Assembly: GCA_013239625.1 (NCBI GenBank)
Contig: MU054117.1
Coordinates: forward strand, 5,173,514-5,237,513
DNA from: Lama guanicoe
Lineage: Eukaryota
DNA: 64,000 nucleotides
Direction: 5' to 3'
Position numbers and translations under genes: made by a program. Positions 45,701 through 64,000 of the stretch are shown here, piece by piece. The first letter of the stretch is position 1. Every line of letters starts with the position of its first letter. A model generated the notes under the pieces. It was not told the DNA's origin. It did no database searches and saw nothing but the letters and a program-made list of their open reading frames with translations.

Positions 45701-47610
45701 CTTCGGGATTTACTGCAGCTCACTACACACACAGTTTTCTTCCTTTGTCAAGTTGTCTCCACCAGTGATGTCAACTGAGGGTGAGAGGAAGATGGGCAAT
45801 CATAACCAACAAACCCTTCCAATGAACATGTGCGAACACTGTACCTTGATTTGCAATTTCCAGAGCATGGGCACTTCCATTACACTGCGTCTTATGCCAT
45901 TAAAAAACTAAGAATCAAACCAAATGAGGCATTTCGAACTTTTCTCCTAACAAAAAGTTACAAAGTAACTCAACACTTACAAAGTAAGGATATTCGTTTA
46001 CTCAAGGGAAGTTGTGAAAGAAATTAGTTGCACCTAAATGAGACAGTAAAAACTAAGTAAAATTGTAATTTGTGAGTTGTATATCATTATCAGTTGAAGG
46101 GCATGGCCTTAGAGAGCCATAGCAATGGAGACAGAACTCATTTCTAAACATGGGCTAGTGGTGACAGAGATGTATGCCTGTAAAAACAAAAATATTTTCT
46201 GGTTGGCCCTTTACAGATGAAGTTTGATGACCCTGGTGTAGGTTCAAATCATAGCTTTGCTACTTATTAGTATAAGCTTGGGTGAGTCATTTAACTTCCC
46301 TATGCCTCAGTTTCCTCATCTGTAAAATGGGGATGATAATAGTTATTATTGTTATTGTGAGGATCAAATACATCAATATTTGAAAAATGCTTTAGAACCA
46401 TGCCTGGACCATAGTATACCCAGTATAACAAGTGTTTAAAAATTGGAGGAACTTAATCTTTTAAACTTGAATTTATCAAACAATAATTAAAGACTAAGTA
46501 AAAATCATATATTAAAGAATAAGTATAAATAATTATTTCCATCTTATAAGAAATATTTATGAATAGAATAAGACTTTAAGGTTGAAACTGGATTAACAAA
46601 ATCTAAGATTCTAAATTCAGAACTTCAATAAACTAAATATTAAGTAACTCTGTTAGTCCTTTTCCAGCACCAGAGTATGGGCCAGGTTCTGTGAAGAATT
46701 CTATGGCCTGGGAGATCAATGCTCTCCAAGGCTTGTAAGCAAAGTTTCTCTAAGACTGGGAGGCAGTGGTATATAATGGATAGGTATTTGGAGTTATGTC
46801 TGGATTGAATTTTGACTTCGTAGCTGTGTGATTTTGGTTAAGTCTCATCTGTGAAGTGGGATTAATAGTATCTATTTTATAGGGGTATTTTGAAGATTAA
46901 AAGCCCTAATGCACATTAAAACGTTTAGGGCATTGCCTGGATTTTAGTAAGCAGTTATAGCATCAGTTTTTTATCATTGTTACCATTCTCCTACCAGCTG
47001 CATACACAGTGAGTTACTGGTAATCAGTAACTAAACTGGCAGAGGGGAAGGTTATGTGTGTGTTATGGTTTGAATGATACTGGGAACTGGTTGCCTTGAT
47101 TTTCTGACATTTTACTGCATCATATGCTTTCTGTTAAATTGCTCTCTTCAGGGATTCACTTTTCAATTAATTTTATTATTATTATTTTTAAGGACCCTAT
47201 GCATACTAAGCAAGCATGCTACCACTGAGTTACACACCACCACTGCCGCCCCCATCCTCTTTTTAAAATTACACACTTTCCAGAGGGCATCCCTTCCTCC
47301 TATGCATGGTTTAGTTTGTTAGGTGCTAGATATCTGCTTTACAACGGCAGCCTGAGAACAGAGAATAGGCAAGGGCTGGGATCTGTGTCCTCAAGGGGAA
47401 AAGGGGTAGCGGGGTCAGGACCTCTGAAAGATGGTGAAAAGGTAACGAAAAAGAAATTTTGCACAATCTCAGGTCTGTCCTGCCATTCTGTTCCCCTGAG
47501 GTATCAGGCAGCTTCTCTGCTATCCCACGGGTGAGTTTACACAGCTGTGCCCCTCTGGTCCCCTGGGACCAGAAATCTGCGGGACAGCCAGGAAACAAGC
47601 CTGGCTCCGG

Positions 47611-47627
47611 GCGCCCCCTGCTGACCA
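47611..47627 (-). promoter_or_regulatory. CTCF-like motif upstream of the PEX5 promoter
   Basis: Minus strand TGGTCAGCAGGGGGCGC, close to the CTCF consensus TGGCCASYAGRKGGCRC. Confidence 0.55.
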
Positions 47628-48399
47628 CTCGCCTCCTCTTCTGCACCCTAGACCAGGATGGTACTTTCGTCCTTTCGGCATGAACCGTCCTTTCTCATCT
47701 ACCAGCAGCCCTGAGCACCTCCTGCCTCTCGTCATGACATCAGGACACCCTTGGACTTGGAGGCAGGCGAGATTTCAGGGTTCGTTTCCCTGTGACCTTG
47801 AGGTTTGACACCAGAGCTAATTCTGTGGCAGATGGTGGGGCCTGAGGCTTATTCCGAGATTAAAAGTCATTTCTTGCATCACGTTTGTGCTTTCTCAGTC
47901 TGGAGCAGTGGGAATAAGGCCACCACGGTGACGTTGACCAGCGGTGAGGGAGGAAGGAGAGAGGAGTGACTCACTGCACCTTCCCCATAGGTTAGTTACC
48001 AGCTTGAGGTCTCAGGATGCGCTGGGCCCTATTCTAGTCACCGGAATTTGTCATCATCCAGTGCTATTTTCTGCAGCACGCAGAGGTGGCAGAGGGGTTG
48101 GGGGCAGGCCTCTGTCACATGGAGACTGTGACGCCGTCCCACTCGGGGTACTTTGGAAGCAGGCAGGCCCAGAAGGCTCGGGAAGTCGCCGAAGTTGACC
48201 CTCTACAACTCCCCTTCTAGGGCCTTTCTCTAAAACCGAGGTCCAGAAAGGGCAGGGAATCCCCTTGGGTCACAACGCGCCCCTTCCTAGGAAGAGGCAG
48301 AATGTTCTGATTCCCCCCGAAGATCAGAAAGCCCTTCCTAGATCCATTCGTCTTTGAGTTTTCCATCAAACAAGTCCTAGAGTCCGTGATCCTCTTCAG

Positions 48400-63948
<15,549 letters not shown>

Positions 63949-64000
63949 CAGTGGGACGGGCTGCCCTGCGAGTGTCTGCTAGGAGGGGTCCCCGCTCTGG

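Overview
Mammalian genomic DNA, probably from a camelid given many copies of a Vic-1-like tRNA-derived SINE. It is syntenic with the human 12p13.31 block C1RL-RBP5-CLSTN3-PEX5. Three genes can be built exon by exon with canonical GT-AG junctions and consistent phases: RBP5 (minus, 4 exons, 135 aa), CLSTN3 (plus, 18 exons, 957 aa) and PEX5 (plus, 15 coding exons, 640 aa long isoform; the window ends in its 3' UTR). The window probably starts in the 5' end of C1RL. Two things stand out. (1) CLSTN3 intron 16 holds an intact 718-nt coding exon for an Arg-rich hydrophobic domain that splices in frame onto the last two CLSTN3 exons. This is the calsyntenin-3beta (CLSTN3B) architecture, and a PPRE-like element lies upstream. 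(2) Between C1RL and RBP5 lies a decayed, exon-preserving relic of an extra C1r-like gene (CUB1 exons, an EGF exon and possibly CUB2). Smaller observations are a 105-bp near-identical repeat pair in PEX5 introns, convergent CTCF-like motifs, an RFX X-box, and a speculative Cys-rich minus-strand relic between CLSTN3 and PEX5. All homology calls are by eye against remembered sequences; no searches were run.
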